64,000 bases of DNA from IMG/VR virus record IMGVR_UViG_3300045988_094674, positions 32,001-96,000 of that record, one strand, 5' to 3'. Source of the stretch: a virus. Under the pieces are notes generated by a model. That model was not told the origin of the DNA. It saw only the letters and a program-made list of their open reading frames with translations, and made no database searches. Below, in pieces: positions 19,476 through 29,468 of this stretch. A program made the position numbers and the translations under genes. Numbering within the stretch: the first letter of the stretch is position 1; each line of letters opens with the position of its first letter.

Positions 19476-20192
19476 ATGACTGTTGATTTGATTGCATATT
19501 CCCGGCGGCCGGGATTTCAAGAGGACCAGAACCCGCTGAGTATCGTAGAGGAAGCGGCGAGTATCTGTTATGATTCGCAGCCAACAGAGACTTTCCGGAT
19601 CGCTAAGGGATGTAAAGCAACCGGGCATCAGAGTGTACTTGAACATATCTCATTTACATTCTGTGTGACTGGTGTAAGCCGAGCACTTCTAGCTCAGTTG
19701 AGTCGTCATCGGCATATCAGTCTGAGCGTGCGCAGCCAGCGTTACTGCTCGGAGGATAATTTTAATTATGTCAATCCGTTTGGTGAGCAACATGGCGGCG
19801 ACGTATTTGACGATATGATGAGCAATATTGCTAATGATTACAAGCTGCTTAAAAATCTCGGTGCTACCAATGAAGACGCTCGTGCTGTTCTGCCGAATGC
19901 CTGCTGCACTGAGTTCTATGTCACCATCAATGCTCGGTCGCTGATTGAAATGAGTCACCTGCGACTTTGTACTCGCGCCCAAGCAGAAATCCGATCCATG
20001 TTTACCATGATGAAGAAAGCTGTCGCCACAATTTGTCCTGAACTTGCCGCATGGATGGTTCCGAGCTGTGAGGCTAATCCGAAGTATCCGTTCTGCCCAG
20101 AGGGTCGTGGTTGTTGTGGTCGTCACCCTCGGTTGGCAGATGTTTATAAGCCTATTGAAAAAAATAAGGAGGTTATTGATGGAAACACTTGA
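19476..20192 (+). CDS. thyX: flavin-dependent thymidylate synthase
   Basis: ThyX signature RHRHISLSVRSQRY. Confidence 0.9.
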   Translation: MTVDLIAYSRRPGFQEDQNPLSIVEEAASICYDSQPTETFRIAKGCKATGHQSVLEHISFTFCVTGVSRALLAQLSRHRHISLSVRSQRYCSEDNFNYVNPFGEQHGGDVFDDMMSNIANDYKLLKNLGATNEDARAVLPNACCTEFYVTINARSLIEMSHLRLCTRAQAEIRSMFTMMKKAVATICPELAAWMVPSCEANPKYPFCPEGRGCCGRHPRLADVYKPIEKNKEVIDGNT

Positions 20193-20637
20193 TGAAATTA
20201 AGAAGAACGTAGACCATCCGTCTCACTACGGCGGTGCAGACAATCCCTACGAAGCAATTAAAGTGTTGCGAGAATGGCAGCTGGACAAGGATGCTTATCT
20301 TTGGAATGTTGGCAAGTATCTGAGTAGGGCAGGACACAAAGATGGCAATTCTCAGCTTCAAGATTTGACGAAGGCACGTTGGTATTTGGACTATAAAATC
20401 CGGCTTTTAGAGGAACAGCAGAAGGTTGCTGAAAGTGTCGCAGATACGCTCAAGAAGATTCCTGATAAGGTTAATGATAAGCTGGCTACGATTCCAAAGA
20501 AGGACATTAACGATTATCTTCCTAATTTGGTTTGTCGCCATGATGATTCATTCAAAGAAAAGCTGGCAGAAGCAGAGCCGATGTGCAACATCGAAACTGC
20601 CGTAGTTCCTGATTGTGCCGATGAGGTCAAGTTTTAA
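20179..20637 (+). CDS. DUF3310-like phage protein
   Basis: ATG 20179 after AAGGAGG; HPSHYGG ... YEAIKVLREW ... KYLSRAGHK ... DLTKARWYL. Confidence 0.65.
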   Translation: METLDEIKKNVDHPSHYGGADNPYEAIKVLREWQLDKDAYLWNVGKYLSRAGHKDGNSQLQDLTKARWYLDYKIRLLEEQQKVAESVADTLKKIPDKVNDKLATIPKKDINDYLPNLVCRHDDSFKEKLAEAEPMCNIETAVVPDCADEVKF

Positions 20638-20650
20638 GAGGTTTACATAA

Positions 20651-21208
20651 ATGAGATACAACTGGAAGTTATCTATTATCGTTATTTGTGTCGTGTTGAT
20701 TTCCATTCTTGGCATGACCTTTATGGTGCAGGGGCCTAAGAACACGGCCATCTCTTATGAAGAGCAGATTCAGGAAGCTAAGTCTGGCATTGGAAATCAG
20801 GAGAAGCGCAGAGCTGATCTGATTCCAAATCTGGTTGAAACCGTCAAGGCTTATGATCAACATGAGTATCAGACTTTGATGGACGTTGTGAATGCTCGTG
20901 GCACTTCCGGCCAGACCGCTCAAGAAATTACGACTCAGATTGCAGCTATTGCGGAAGCATATCCTGAACTGAAGTCAAGTGATAACTACAAAGAGCTTAT
21001 GAATGAGCTATCCGTCACTGAAAATTTGATTGCAAACTATCGTGGCGATTACAATCGTGTCGTGAAAGAATATAAGCAGAGCGTTCGTAAGTTTCCGAAC
21101 TCCTTTCTGCTGGGTCTGACTGGATATGAGGTTCAGAATTATGAGTATCTGTCCTATGAGGGGAATGAGGCGGCACCGGCAGTCGGTGACCTTTTTGGAA
21201 ATCGGTAA
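20651..21208 (+). CDS. lemA: LemA-family membrane protein
   Basis: N-terminal TM; EKRRADLIPNLVETVKAYDQHE; typical LemA length. Confidence 0.8.
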   Translation: MRYNWKLSIIVICVVLISILGMTFMVQGPKNTAISYEEQIQEAKSGIGNQEKRRADLIPNLVETVKAYDQHEYQTLMDVVNARGTSGQTAQEITTQIAAIAEAYPELKSSDNYKELMNELSVTENLIANYRGDYNRVVKEYKQSVRKFPNSFLLGLTGYEVQNYEYLSYEGNEAAPAVGDLFGNR

Positions 21209-21932
21209 TGCCGAAATTACTTATCGTGAATTGATCGTCAGTGTTGGTATTGTGTTTATTATGCTGATACTTGGTAGCGTTATCGCTGGAAATATCACCA
21301 GAGATTCGCTTGAGCAGAAAAAAGAATATAATACAGCAATTTCGATTGAGTCCGAAAATATGTTCGATTATGGAATGAGAACCAACGTAGGTAATGCGTT
21401 TTGCCAAGGCGCACTAGAAGCAGTAGATACTGTAAGCGATCCACGTATCGACGGTCAGTGGATGTATATCTATTGCGAAGAAAAGCATTACACGATGCAT
21501 ACACGAACTGTCACTACTACGGATAGCAAAGGCCATACAAAAACAAGAGTCGAAACGTACTGGACTTGGGATTATTACAGTTCTGAAGAACACAATTCTA
21601 AGAATATTACGTTTCTTGGCAAAGAATTTGAGTATGGTGACATTAAGATGCCATCCAGCAAGTACCTGACTACGGTACAAGTCAGTTCTCATGTAAAGTT
21701 CGAGTTTTATGTCAAAGATGTTCATTATGATGGTACATTATACGCGAATTTGAGCGATAAAAGTATACATAATGCGCAGTTCATTAAGGATAAAAACATC
21801 GAAGAAGCACGAGACTATATGATTTCTGCAGCTGGTACACGAGTGATTTGGTTTTATGTATTCTGGATCGTATTGATTGTAGCTATGGTCGGAGTTTTTT
21901 ATGTGGCCGAAAATCGTTGGTTGGAAGATTAA
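21195..21932 (+). CDS. membrane protein downstream of LemA (start uncertain)
   Basis: TM segments at both ends; TTG 21195 or an earlier ATG 21126 are both possible starts. Confidence 0.45.
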   Translation: MEIGNAEITYRELIVSVGIVFIMLILGSVIAGNITRDSLEQKKEYNTAISIESENMFDYGMRTNVGNAFCQGALEAVDTVSDPRIDGQWMYIYCEEKHYTMHTRTVTTTDSKGHTKTRVETYWTWDYYSSEEHNSKNITFLGKEFEYGDIKMPSSKYLTTVQVSSHVKFEFYVKDVHYDGTLYANLSDKSIHNAQFIKDKNIEEARDYMISAAGTRVIWFYVFWIVLIVAMVGVFYVAENRWLED

Positions 21933-21943
21933 GAGGTGATTGC

Positions 21944-24145
21944 ATGGAATATGTGATTAAACGCGATGGAACGAAAGTTCCTTTTGACAAAAATAAGATT
22001 GTAAATGCGATTGAGAAGGCGATGACCTGTACGCCGGGTGGTATCGACGCTCGTGTGTCGAATGCGATTGCTGACTATGTCGCAGACATGCCGGACATTC
22101 TTTCTGTTGAGCAGATTCAGGATATCGTAGTGGACAGTCTAGCAAATAGCCCGTTCATTGATGTTGCAGATGCATATAGTCAGTGGCGGCAGTATCGTCA
22201 GGAAATTCGAGATAAAGAGAAAACCAACGCAAGTATTCTTGAAATTCTTGATGCTCAGAACGACGCAATCAATCAGGAAAACAGTAATAAGAACGCAACC
22301 ATCAATAGCACGCAACGTGATTACATGGCCGGAGAGGTATCTAAGGAACTAACTGACAGACTTCTACTTCCAAAGGATATCCGAGATGCACACAAAAATG
22401 GTTTAATTCATGTGCATGATAAAGATTATTTTGTGATGCACTGCCATAATTGCGATCTGGTCAATCTGGAAGATATGCTCCAGAACGGCACCGTCATCTC
22501 CGGCACCTATATCGAGAAGCCCCACAGCTTTTCCACCGCCTGCAACATTGCCACCCAGATCATTGCACAGGTGGCTTCGATGCAATTTGGAGGTCAGAGT
22601 ATTACACTTTCACATCTGGCTCCATTCGTAGATGTTTCCCGCAAGAAGATCACAAGTGAAGTACACCAAGAATTTTACGAGATGGTTCAGAGTAATGAAA
22701 TCGATAAGATGCCGGAGTCTGAAACTATCAATCGAATTGTAGAAGAGCGTTTACATAAAGAAATTGCTCGTGGCGTGCAGACCATCCAGTATCAGGTTGT
22801 CACTTTGATGACGACAAACGGTCAGGCCCCTTTTATCACCGTGTTTATGTACCTTGATGAAGTTCCAGAAGGTCAGACTCGTGATGATTTGGCTCTAATT
22901 GTTGAAGAAGTATTAAAACAGCGCATTCAGGGTGTAAAGAATGAAGTTGGTGTATGGGTCACTCCGGCCTTCCCAAAGCTCATTTATGCTCTTGATGAGG
23001 ATAATATTTATCCTGATTCTAAGTATTATTACCTGACTGAGCTGGCAGCTAAGTGTACTGCCAAGCGAATGGTTCCTGATTATATTTCCGCAAAGGTTAT
23101 GAAGGAGCTTAAAGGCGGTGTGTGGCCTAGCATGGGCTGTAGATCCTTCCTTACTCCTGACCGCACCACTGAGAACGTAGCTAATGCCAAGAATTGGGTT
23201 AAGGGGCATAAGTATTATGGCCGCTTTAACCAGGGTGTGGTCACTATCAATCTGGTAGATGTGGCTTGCAGTTCAGAAGGGGACAAGGATAAATTCTGGA
23301 AAATCTTTGATGAACGACTCGAATTGTGTCATCGAGCTCTACAGATTCGTCACAAGCGTCTACTCGGCACTCCTTCTGATATGGCCCCTATCCTGTGGCA
23401 GTACGGTGCATTAGCTCGTCTAAAGAAGGGCGAGAAGATCGACAAGTTGCTCTTCGGCGGCTACTCCACCATCAGCCTGGGTTATGCCGGTCTGTATGAG
23501 TGTGTGAAGTATATGACCGGCAAGAGCCACACCGATCCTGATGCTAAACCTTTTGCTCTCGAAATTATGCAGCACATGAATGATAAGTGTAACGAGTGGA
23601 AGGCCGCTGAAAACATCGATTACTCCCTGTATGGTACTCCTTTGGAGTCCACTACATATGAATTTGCACGTTGCTTGCAGAAGCGGTTCGGTATGATTCC
23701 AGATGTTACTGACCATGACTACGTAACAAATTCTTATCATGTCGTTGTCCGTGAACATATCGATGCTTTCACTAAGCTAAAGTTTGAGAGCGAGTTCCAG
23801 AAGCTTTCTCCCGGAGGGGCGATTAGCTATATCGAGGTGCCAAATCTGCAGCAGAACATTCCTGCGGTGCTTAGTGTTATGCAGTTCATTTACGACAACA
23901 TCATGTATGCGGAGCTGAACACCAAGTCCGACTACTGCCAGTGCTGTGGTTACGACGGCGAAATTAAAATTGTAGAAGATGAGAAAAACCACAAGCTTGT
24001 ATGGGAGTGCCCGAATTGTGGTAATCGTGACCAGAACAAAATGAATGTCGTAAGACGTACTTGCGGTTACCTGGGAACTAATTTTTGGAATCAGGGGCGC
24101 ACTCAGGAAATCAGAGATCGAGTGGTCCATCTGAGCGACAATTAA
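21944..24145 (+). CDS. nrdD: anaerobic ribonucleoside-triphosphate reductase
   Basis: ATP-cone start VIKRDGTKVPFDKNKI; C-terminal CQCCGY...CPNCGN zinc site; glycyl-radical RRTCGYLG. Confidence 0.95.
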   Translation: MEYVIKRDGTKVPFDKNKIVNAIEKAMTCTPGGIDARVSNAIADYVADMPDILSVEQIQDIVVDSLANSPFIDVADAYSQWRQYRQEIRDKEKTNASILEILDAQNDAINQENSNKNATINSTQRDYMAGEVSKELTDRLLLPKDIRDAHKNGLIHVHDKDYFVMHCHNCDLVNLEDMLQNGTVISGTYIEKPHSFSTACNIATQIIAQVASMQFGGQSITLSHLAPFVDVSRKKITSEVHQEFYEMVQSNEIDKMPESETINRIVEERLHKEIARGVQTIQYQVVTLMTTNGQAPFITVFMYLDEVPEGQTRDDLALIVEEVLKQRIQGVKNEVGVWVTPAFPKLIYALDEDNIYPDSKYYYLTELAAKCTAKRMVPDYISAKVMKELKGGVWPSMGCRSFLTPDRTTENVANAKNWVKGHKYYGRFNQGVVTINLVDVACSSEGDKDKFWKIFDERLELCHRALQIRHKRLLGTPSDMAPILWQYGALARLKKGEKIDKLLFGGYSTISLGYAGLYECVKYMTGKSHTDPDAKPFALEIMQHMNDKCNEWKAAENIDYSLYGTPLESTTYEFARCLQKRFGMIPDVTDHDYVTNSYHVVVREHIDAFTKLKFESEFQKLSPGGAISYIEVPNLQQNIPAVLSVMQFIYDNIMYAELNTKSDYCQCCGYDGEIKIVEDEKNHKLVWECPNCGNRDQNKMNVVRRTCGYLGTNFWNQGRTQEIRDRVVHLSDN

Positions 24146-24183
24146 ATAACGTATAAGTGGTGGGTTGGTGGGATTAAATATAC

Positions 24184-24660
24184 ATGGACAGACTAAGCAA
24201 GAAGCTGCAAGAAGAGAAAGATAAAGAATCCAAGGTCATGAAATATTACCATTATAAGGACATGGATATTAAAACGCCTTATTGGTTTCTGTATCCGCTT
24301 CTTATTGCTATGTATTGGGTAGAAAGATTTCGTACTAAGATCGAAATGTTTCGCCGCAAAAAGCTGAATAAATGGAGCGACAAGCGAACTGACCGTATCC
24401 TAAAATATGTGTTCCCAAAAGCGTGCAAGGTAAACACTTTAAACAACAGTTTTTATTTTACTTGCCGTGACAACGCATATCTTCTTCATTGGTCACTATG
24501 GAGTAGGCCATGGGATTGGTATTACTGTAACCTTCATAATGTTGAAATTCTAAATTATCTTGCGTGGGATTTTGAAATGCCCGGATATATGAAAACAACA
24601 GAGGAAGAAGAGGATTATCCAGATAACTGGATTACGGTTATATTCAAAAAGGAGCTATAA
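24184..24660 (+). CDS. hypothetical protein (Trp/Tyr-rich)
   Basis: 158-aa ORF after a G-rich SD-like tract. Confidence 0.45.
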   Translation: MDRLSKKLQEEKDKESKVMKYYHYKDMDIKTPYWFLYPLLIAMYWVERFRTKIEMFRRKKLNKWSDKRTDRILKYVFPKACKVNTLNNSFYFTCRDNAYLLHWSLWSRPWDWYYCNLHNVEILNYLAWDFEMPGYMKTTEEEEDYPDNWITVIFKKEL

Positions 24661-24661
24661 A

Positions 24662-24883
24662 ATGAAAATTCTAAAACAAAAAATTAACGAGATGGTGAAT
24701 TTTGATTCTTTAGCTGGTGGTGAACCATTTTATTTTGAAGATAATTTGTGGATTAAGGCGAAGAATTATAGAGATTGTGATTTAAATACAGTCCGGGTCT
24801 CGGATGGATTGTTGACTACACTTGAAAATAATCCATTGGTTGAAGTTGCTCACGTTCATGTTGAAGATGATAAAGACGATTAA
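24662..24883 (+). CDS. hypothetical protein
   Basis: RBS AAGGAG. Confidence 0.45.
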   Translation: MKILKQKINEMVNFDSLAGGEPFYFEDNLWIKAKNYRDCDLNTVRVSDGLLTTLENNPLVEVAHVHVEDDKDD

Positions 24884-24889
24884 AGGAAG

Positions 24890-25117
24890 GTGATTAACAT
24901 AGAAGCATGGAAGAGTTTCTTTAAGGCACTTGGTTCTTTTCTCGGAATCATTCTGATTCTGGCGGCTACATATTTTACCTCGTGGATTATCACGATTGGT
25001 ATCATCTGGCTGATTTTCAAGCTGCTGAATATCACTTTTACCGTTAAAGTGGCGACAGGCATCTGGCTGGCTCTAGTTCTTATGGAACGATTCATTAAGG
25101 GTAGCCAAGGAAAGTAA
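24890..25117 (+). CDS. small two-TM membrane protein (start uncertain)
   Basis: Hydrophobic 75-aa ORF; the GTG start abuts its SD, so the true start is unclear. Confidence 0.4.
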   Translation: MINIEAWKSFFKALGSFLGIILILAATYFTSWIITIGIIWLIFKLLNITFTVKVATGIWLALVLMERFIKGSQGK

Positions 25118-25153
25118 ATAACAAGCAGGGTGGGTGTGGTGGCATGAAAGGGT

Positions 25154-25669
25154 GTGATGTATATAGATATCCAAAGACAGTGGGCAATGCCAAACAAGAA
25201 TACATTTGATATAAAGCCAATTAAGGAGCTGATTCAGTCAGAACTAACCAATGGGATATGGATCGACCCGTTTGCTAATCAAAATAAGCTTGCAACAGTT
25301 ACGAATGATCTAAATCCTGTGTTTGATACGGACTATCATATGGACGCTCTCGATTTTCTGAAGATTTTTGGCGATAGTTCTGTGGATGGCGTCCTATATG
25401 ATCCTCCGTATTCTCCACGACAAGTAACGGAGTGCTATCAAGGCATCGGTATGAATGTCACGAATGAAACAACTCGTGCATCGTTCTGGGGAAACCAAAA
25501 GAAGGAAATATCCAGAATTGTAAAGTCCGGCGGTAAGGTTATCACGTTTGGTTGGAACTCCGGTGGTATCGGACGTAAATATGGATTTGAGATTACTCGC
25601 ATTCTTTTAGTCCCACATGGCGGATGGCACAACGATACAATTTGTACGGTTGAAGTAAAAGTAGCATAA
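25154..25669 (+). CDS. small DNA N6-adenine/N4-cytosine methyltransferase-like protein
   Basis: VDGVLYDPPYS (DPPY motif IV), then SGGKVITFGWNSGG. Confidence 0.55.
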   Translation: MMYIDIQRQWAMPNKNTFDIKPIKELIQSELTNGIWIDPFANQNKLATVTNDLNPVFDTDYHMDALDFLKIFGDSSVDGVLYDPPYSPRQVTECYQGIGMNVTNETTRASFWGNQKKEISRIVKSGGKVITFGWNSGGIGRKYGFEITRILLVPHGGWHNDTICTVEVKVA

Positions 25670-25806
25670 GGAGGGTTCATGTTTGAGTGAACATTATGCA
25701 ATTGTTTTTGATTTTATGTGGCTTATATTCAAATATTTTAATGTTACTAAAGAGGATATAAAGATGATTGTAGAAGATATCGAATCTTTTAAATAAGGAG
25801 AATTAT

Positions 25807-25983
25807 ATGGATTATTGGTCTGTTGAAGTAATGTACTACGATGATGGACATCAGGCGTTCAATACATATATGGTCAAAGCGCAGGATCAAAACGATGCCA
25901 TGAACAAAGCACATCATCGTTTTGAAAAATCTCATCCCGGTATGAGCTGCATGGTTCAGAATGTAGAAAAGGCAGGTGACTGA
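25807..25983 (+). CDS. hypothetical protein (58 aa, below ORF-track cutoff)
   Basis: RBS AAGGAGAA; hand translation MDYWSVEVMYYDDGHQAF... Confidence 0.4.
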   Translation: MDYWSVEVMYYDDGHQAFNTYMVKAQDQNDAMNKAHHRFEKSHPGMSCMVQNVEKAGD

Positions 25984-26332
25984 GGTGGACTTTAAATGTA
26001 AGTGTGGCAGTAAATCTTTCTTTATCCAGAGCAAAGGAAATCAGATTGGATTGTATTGTTCTGTTTGTGGCAAGTGGCAGAAATGGCTAACTAAGAATGA
26101 AGTAAGACAGTTTGAGTACGAGACGAATACATTGGACTCAAAAGACAACAATCCAGAAGATGATTTTTATGAAAAATTCGCCTTAACTCCATGGGGTTGC
26201 CTACACTGTGCCTTTAGAGATTTTGGACTAGACCTTCCTGAAATTCCTGGTAAGATGGCCGATGCTCTTATAGAAGATTTCTTCGAGATTATGAAAAAAC
26301 ACGGATTGTGGAGAAAGAGTAAGAATGATTGA
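25976..26332 (+). CDS. zinc-ribbon protein (hypothetical)
   Basis: CKCGS ... CSVCGKW; GTG start. Confidence 0.45.
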   Translation: MTEVDFKCKCGSKSFFIQSKGNQIGLYCSVCGKWQKWLTKNEVRQFEYETNTLDSKDNNPEDDFYEKFALTPWGCLHCAFRDFGLDLPEIPGKMADALIEDFFEIMKKHGLWRKSKND

Positions 26333-26510
26333 AAACATTGAACACAAAAACAATCAAAATAACCAGACAGATTTGTACAATCGACTACTGGCTAGAATCA
26401 GCCAAAGCGCTATTAGAGTATCAACCGTGAAAGAGCCTCATACTTATATGAAAGCAGTTGGAACAAATGAGCTCAAACGAATTCTAGCGGAAGAATTTAA
26501 TATCCAATAA
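26325..26510 (+). CDS. hypothetical protein
   Basis: 61-aa ORF overlapping upstream stop. Confidence 0.4.
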   Translation: MIENIEHKNNQNNQTDLYNRLLARISQSAIRVSTVKEPHTYMKAVGTNELKRILAEEFNIQ

Positions 26511-26577
26511 AAGTGCCGTTTTATCGTGAAATTCTATTAAATTTATAACGTAGATACGTTAAATAACAGGAGACAAA

Positions 26578-27012
26578 ATGAAGAAGTGGACAGAAAAGCT
26601 GCTTGAAGCTGAAGGATACGAGATCCGAAATGTACAAATCAAGAATGTTAGCCTTAACATGGCCGATCATGGAGTTTTGACTTCTGATTTGACGTTGGAT
26701 GGTCATGGATGGGGCGTTTGCTATGGAGGATATGTTCTTGGTAAAGGATATGTAGGAGCAAAAACTTTCAAAGGATATGCTTCTGGTATGGAAGCCATCA
26801 TGCGAATCATGGACACTGTTGGCTGCGATAAGTACGAGAACATGAAAGACAAGTATATCCGTGTGGCAACTAAAGGCGGGGGTAGTACAGTAAAAATTAT
26901 CGGCAATATTCTTGAGGATAAGTGGTTTGATTATGAATCTTTCTTTGATGATATGAAAAACGACACTGCCGATGATAAGGGTACTGAGGTAATATGGAGA
27001 AGAAATACGTAA
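26578..27012 (+). CDS. hypothetical protein
   Basis: RBS AGGAGA; 144 aa. Confidence 0.5.
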   Translation: MKKWTEKLLEAEGYEIRNVQIKNVSLNMADHGVLTSDLTLDGHGWGVCYGGYVLGKGYVGAKTFKGYASGMEAIMRIMDTVGCDKYENMKDKYIRVATKGGGSTVKIIGNILEDKWFDYESFFDDMKNDTADDKGTEVIWRRNT

Positions 27013-27248
27013 AAATCTTTAAATGCCGTGGATGCAATCGCAATATCATTAAAAATGATGTTGATTTATCTATTGCTGAGAAATGGACTCTTTCAGGAAT
27101 GTTTCAAAATGGGTGTAAACCCGTTGAAGTGTCTGGCGGGTCTAGGCTTTCTGGACAGAACAAATTCCTGCTTCATCGGTGTGATCCAGAAAAGCTTTGT
27201 ATTTGTGATTTCATTGGATGGAAAGAAATCGAGGCTAAAAATGATTAA
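26994..27248 (+). CDS. hypothetical protein (CxxC)
   Basis: RBS GAGG; CRGCNR. Confidence 0.4.
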   Translation: MEKKYVKIFKCRGCNRNIIKNDVDLSIAEKWTLSGMFQNGCKPVEVSGGSRLSGQNKFLLHRCDPEKLCICDFIGWKEIEAKND

Positions 27249-27579
27249 CGATCCTTTTGCAGAAGATGGTATCGTCTCCTGTCAGTGCTGTGGCAGTGGT
27301 GAGTACCTTTATAACGAAGATGGAAACCAGAACGGCTACTGCGGAAATTGCGGAGCTAGAATCGACTGGCCGGAGGACGACAATAAACGCTGGCGTAAAG
27401 TTTCGAGCGAAACTCCGTATGTGAGTCCATCTGTGATGTGTTCTGATGATGTTGAAGTAAAATTCAAAGACGGTCATACATCAGTCGGATTTATCTCGTT
27501 TGATGGTCGATGGTTTGACCATGATTGCGATGAGATTAAAAGACCAGATTGTTGGAGACCATTAGAAGATAATAACTAA
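27241..27579 (+). CDS. zinc-ribbon protein (hypothetical)
   Basis: ATG 27241; CQCCGS ... CGNCGA. Confidence 0.45.
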   Translation: MINDPFAEDGIVSCQCCGSGEYLYNEDGNQNGYCGNCGARIDWPEDDNKRWRKVSSETPYVSPSVMCSDDVEVKFKDGHTSVGFISFDGRWFDHDCDEIKRPDCWRPLEDNN

Positions 27580-27607
27580 AATTCCGCTTTTAACAGAAAG
27601 GAAAAGT

Positions 27608-27916
27608 ATGTTTAAGACTTTCAAAAATACTGCCGTATGCGTACTTCTAGCAGCGATTATACTGACTGGATGCAGTACAAGTGTGAAAGACTCAGTAGGG
27701 AATGTAGCCAAAGAGAATGACTGGTTCTATCGTATTGTTGACACTCCTGTGGTGTACGACAAGGATACACACGTTATGTATTACTTGTTCAGTAAAAGTG
27801 GAGGCAACCATGCTTACGGCTACATGTCTCCTTATTATAATGAGCACGGTCAGATGTGCTACTACGTTGATGGTCAGATTATTCCTGTCGAGGAGGTGTT
27901 AATCGATGTGGACTGA
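27608..27916 (+). CDS. putative lipoprotein
   Basis: Signal peptide with lipobox LTGC. Confidence 0.55.
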   Translation: MFKTFKNTAVCVLLAAIILTGCSTSVKDSVGNVAKENDWFYRIVDTPVVYDKDTHVMYYLFSKSGGNHAYGYMSPYYNEHGQMCYYVDGQIIPVEEVLIDVD

Positions 27917-28106
27917 GATTGCTTGGCTTATGACCAAGGCTTATATTATTTTGATTTTTACAGCAACTATGATTCGCTCTGAACAGATTCTGTATGATGC
28001 CTCTACATATATTTTCCGAGGTGATAGGAAGAACGGAATGTATGGCTGTATTGTGACGAATATTTTTATTATCGTATATGCGAGTCTATGGACGAGGTTT
28101 ATTTGA
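27906..28106 (+). CDS. small membrane protein
   Basis: RBS GAGGAGGTG; two hydrophobic segments. Confidence 0.45.
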   Translation: MWTEIAWLMTKAYIILIFTATMIRSEQILYDASTYIFRGDRKNGMYGCIVTNIFIIVYASLWTRFI

Positions 28107-28107
28107 G

Positions 28108-28758
28108 ATGGGATATTTTGAAGATTATAGCTGGTGCGAGCCAGAGGCAGAGTCTCAAGCTGACCAAATTGTATCTAGTGCAATCGAACAACTAAAAAAT
28201 CTTGTTTCTGATAGCACTAAGGTTACCATGAAAGAATATCAAGATTTAGAAGCGAGAAAACTCAAACTGCAACATGAAGTTAATGAGCTTGAATACAAAA
28301 AACATAAGTCCGAAGAAGAACTTTATAAGCGAATGAACGAACATGATTTACCAAAAGACTTTGTAAATAAAATCGTTGGTGCGTTGATTGGTGATTTCAA
28401 AATTGGAGACGATGCTTGGACGATAGAATCTAAGTATAAGAGTTCCGAGTGCCCATTATGTCATGGAAAAGGAGTTGTCTCTGCAAAAATCAATGAAAGC
28501 ATAGACTGTGATATCCAATGTCCTAAATGTAACGGATATAAAACAGTCTCAAATCTTTTTTATTATGCACAAAAAAGAAAGATTGTAAGATTTGATATAA
28601 GGCTTAATTTTAATAATCTTAACCAAATGTGGGTGGCTGACGAAGATCACATTGTCTTTTATGACGGATATTATCACAGATGCAAAGGCGGCCTTTACAA
28701 AACTGAACAGGATGCTATTGACGCAGCCGCCAAGAAGAATGCAGAGGTGGTCAAATGA
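28108..28758 (+). CDS. coiled-coil protein with DnaJ-type zinc finger
   Basis: CPLCHGKGVV and CPKCNGYKTV. Confidence 0.45.
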   Translation: MGYFEDYSWCEPEAESQADQIVSSAIEQLKNLVSDSTKVTMKEYQDLEARKLKLQHEVNELEYKKHKSEEELYKRMNEHDLPKDFVNKIVGALIGDFKIGDDAWTIESKYKSSECPLCHGKGVVSAKINESIDCDIQCPKCNGYKTVSNLFYYAQKRKIVRFDIRLNFNNLNQMWVADEDHIVFYDGYYHRCKGGLYKTEQDAIDAAAKKNAEVVK

Positions 28759-28916
28759 GAACATTAGAACAAGTAGACCGAGATATTGAAATTGTAAGAC
28801 ATGATATGCGCGAACTCATGAGAATGCGTCAACCGATTTCTGTCGTTGCCGAAGATTTATTTGAACTTTATGACGAACGAAATGAAATCTTGGAATCGAT
28901 GGGTGATACAAAATGA
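28755..28916 (+). CDS. hypothetical protein (53 aa, below cutoff)
   Basis: RBS GAGGTGG; ATGA overlaps at both ends. Confidence 0.4.
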   Translation: MRTLEQVDRDIEIVRHDMRELMRMRQPISVVAEDLFELYDERNEILESMGDTK

Positions 28917-29467
28917 ACTACGCTAAAATTGTTCCATGTGATATAGCGAATGGCGAAGGGGTGCGCGTCACACTTTTTGTGCAGGGTTGTGATCACCATT
29001 GCCCCAGCTGTCAGAATCCTACTACATGGGACCCGAATGGTGGTCAGCTATTCACAGATGAAACGCTCGATAAAATTATAGATTTACTTCGACCTGATTA
29101 TATTCAGGGGCTTACACTTACTGGTGGAGATCCACTGTATCCAGAGAACAGGGAGATGATTTGCAAAATTCTAATAAGAGTCAGACACGAGTTTGAAGGA
29201 AGCAAAGACATTTGGATGTGGACTGGATATACATGGGAAGAATTGATTCAACAGGCGGCAGAAGAATTGAAATATCAAACTATTCCGACAACTGTAACAA
29301 TTATTCGAAACATAAACGTGCTAGTCGATGGCCCATATATCGAATCTAAACGAGATATCTCTTTGCCGTACATGGGGAGTTCCAATCAACGTGTAATCGG
29401 CTGTAATAAGAGTTTTGCTTTACGAAGACCAGTCCTTTGGTGGGCTCCAGAAGAGAAAGGAAAATAA
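28913..29467 (+). CDS. nrdG: anaerobic RNR activating radical-SAM protein
   Basis: CDIANGEGVRVTLFVQGCDHHCPSCQN. Confidence 0.9.
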   Translation: MNYAKIVPCDIANGEGVRVTLFVQGCDHHCPSCQNPTTWDPNGGQLFTDETLDKIIDLLRPDYIQGLTLTGGDPLYPENREMICKILIRVRHEFEGSKDIWMWTGYTWEELIQQAAEELKYQTIPTTVTIIRNINVLVDGPYIESKRDISLPYMGSSNQRVIGCNKSFALRRPVLWWAPEEKGK

Positions 29468-29468
29468 T

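Noticed and set aside
21126-21194. ATG 21126 as the start of the post-LemA membrane protein
   Set aside because: It would overlap lemA by 83 nt with an implausible Arg/Met/Cys-rich N-terminus. It is kept as an alternative only.
24157-24172. G-rich tracts GGTGGGTTGGTGGG-like at 24157-72, 25128-42 and 30725-39, and in the terminator loop 53104-20, considered as possible G-quadruplex or regulatory motifs
   Set aside because: Three of the four end 10-14 nt before a start codon, so they are most simply extended Shine-Dalgarno sequences. The fourth may be coincidental.
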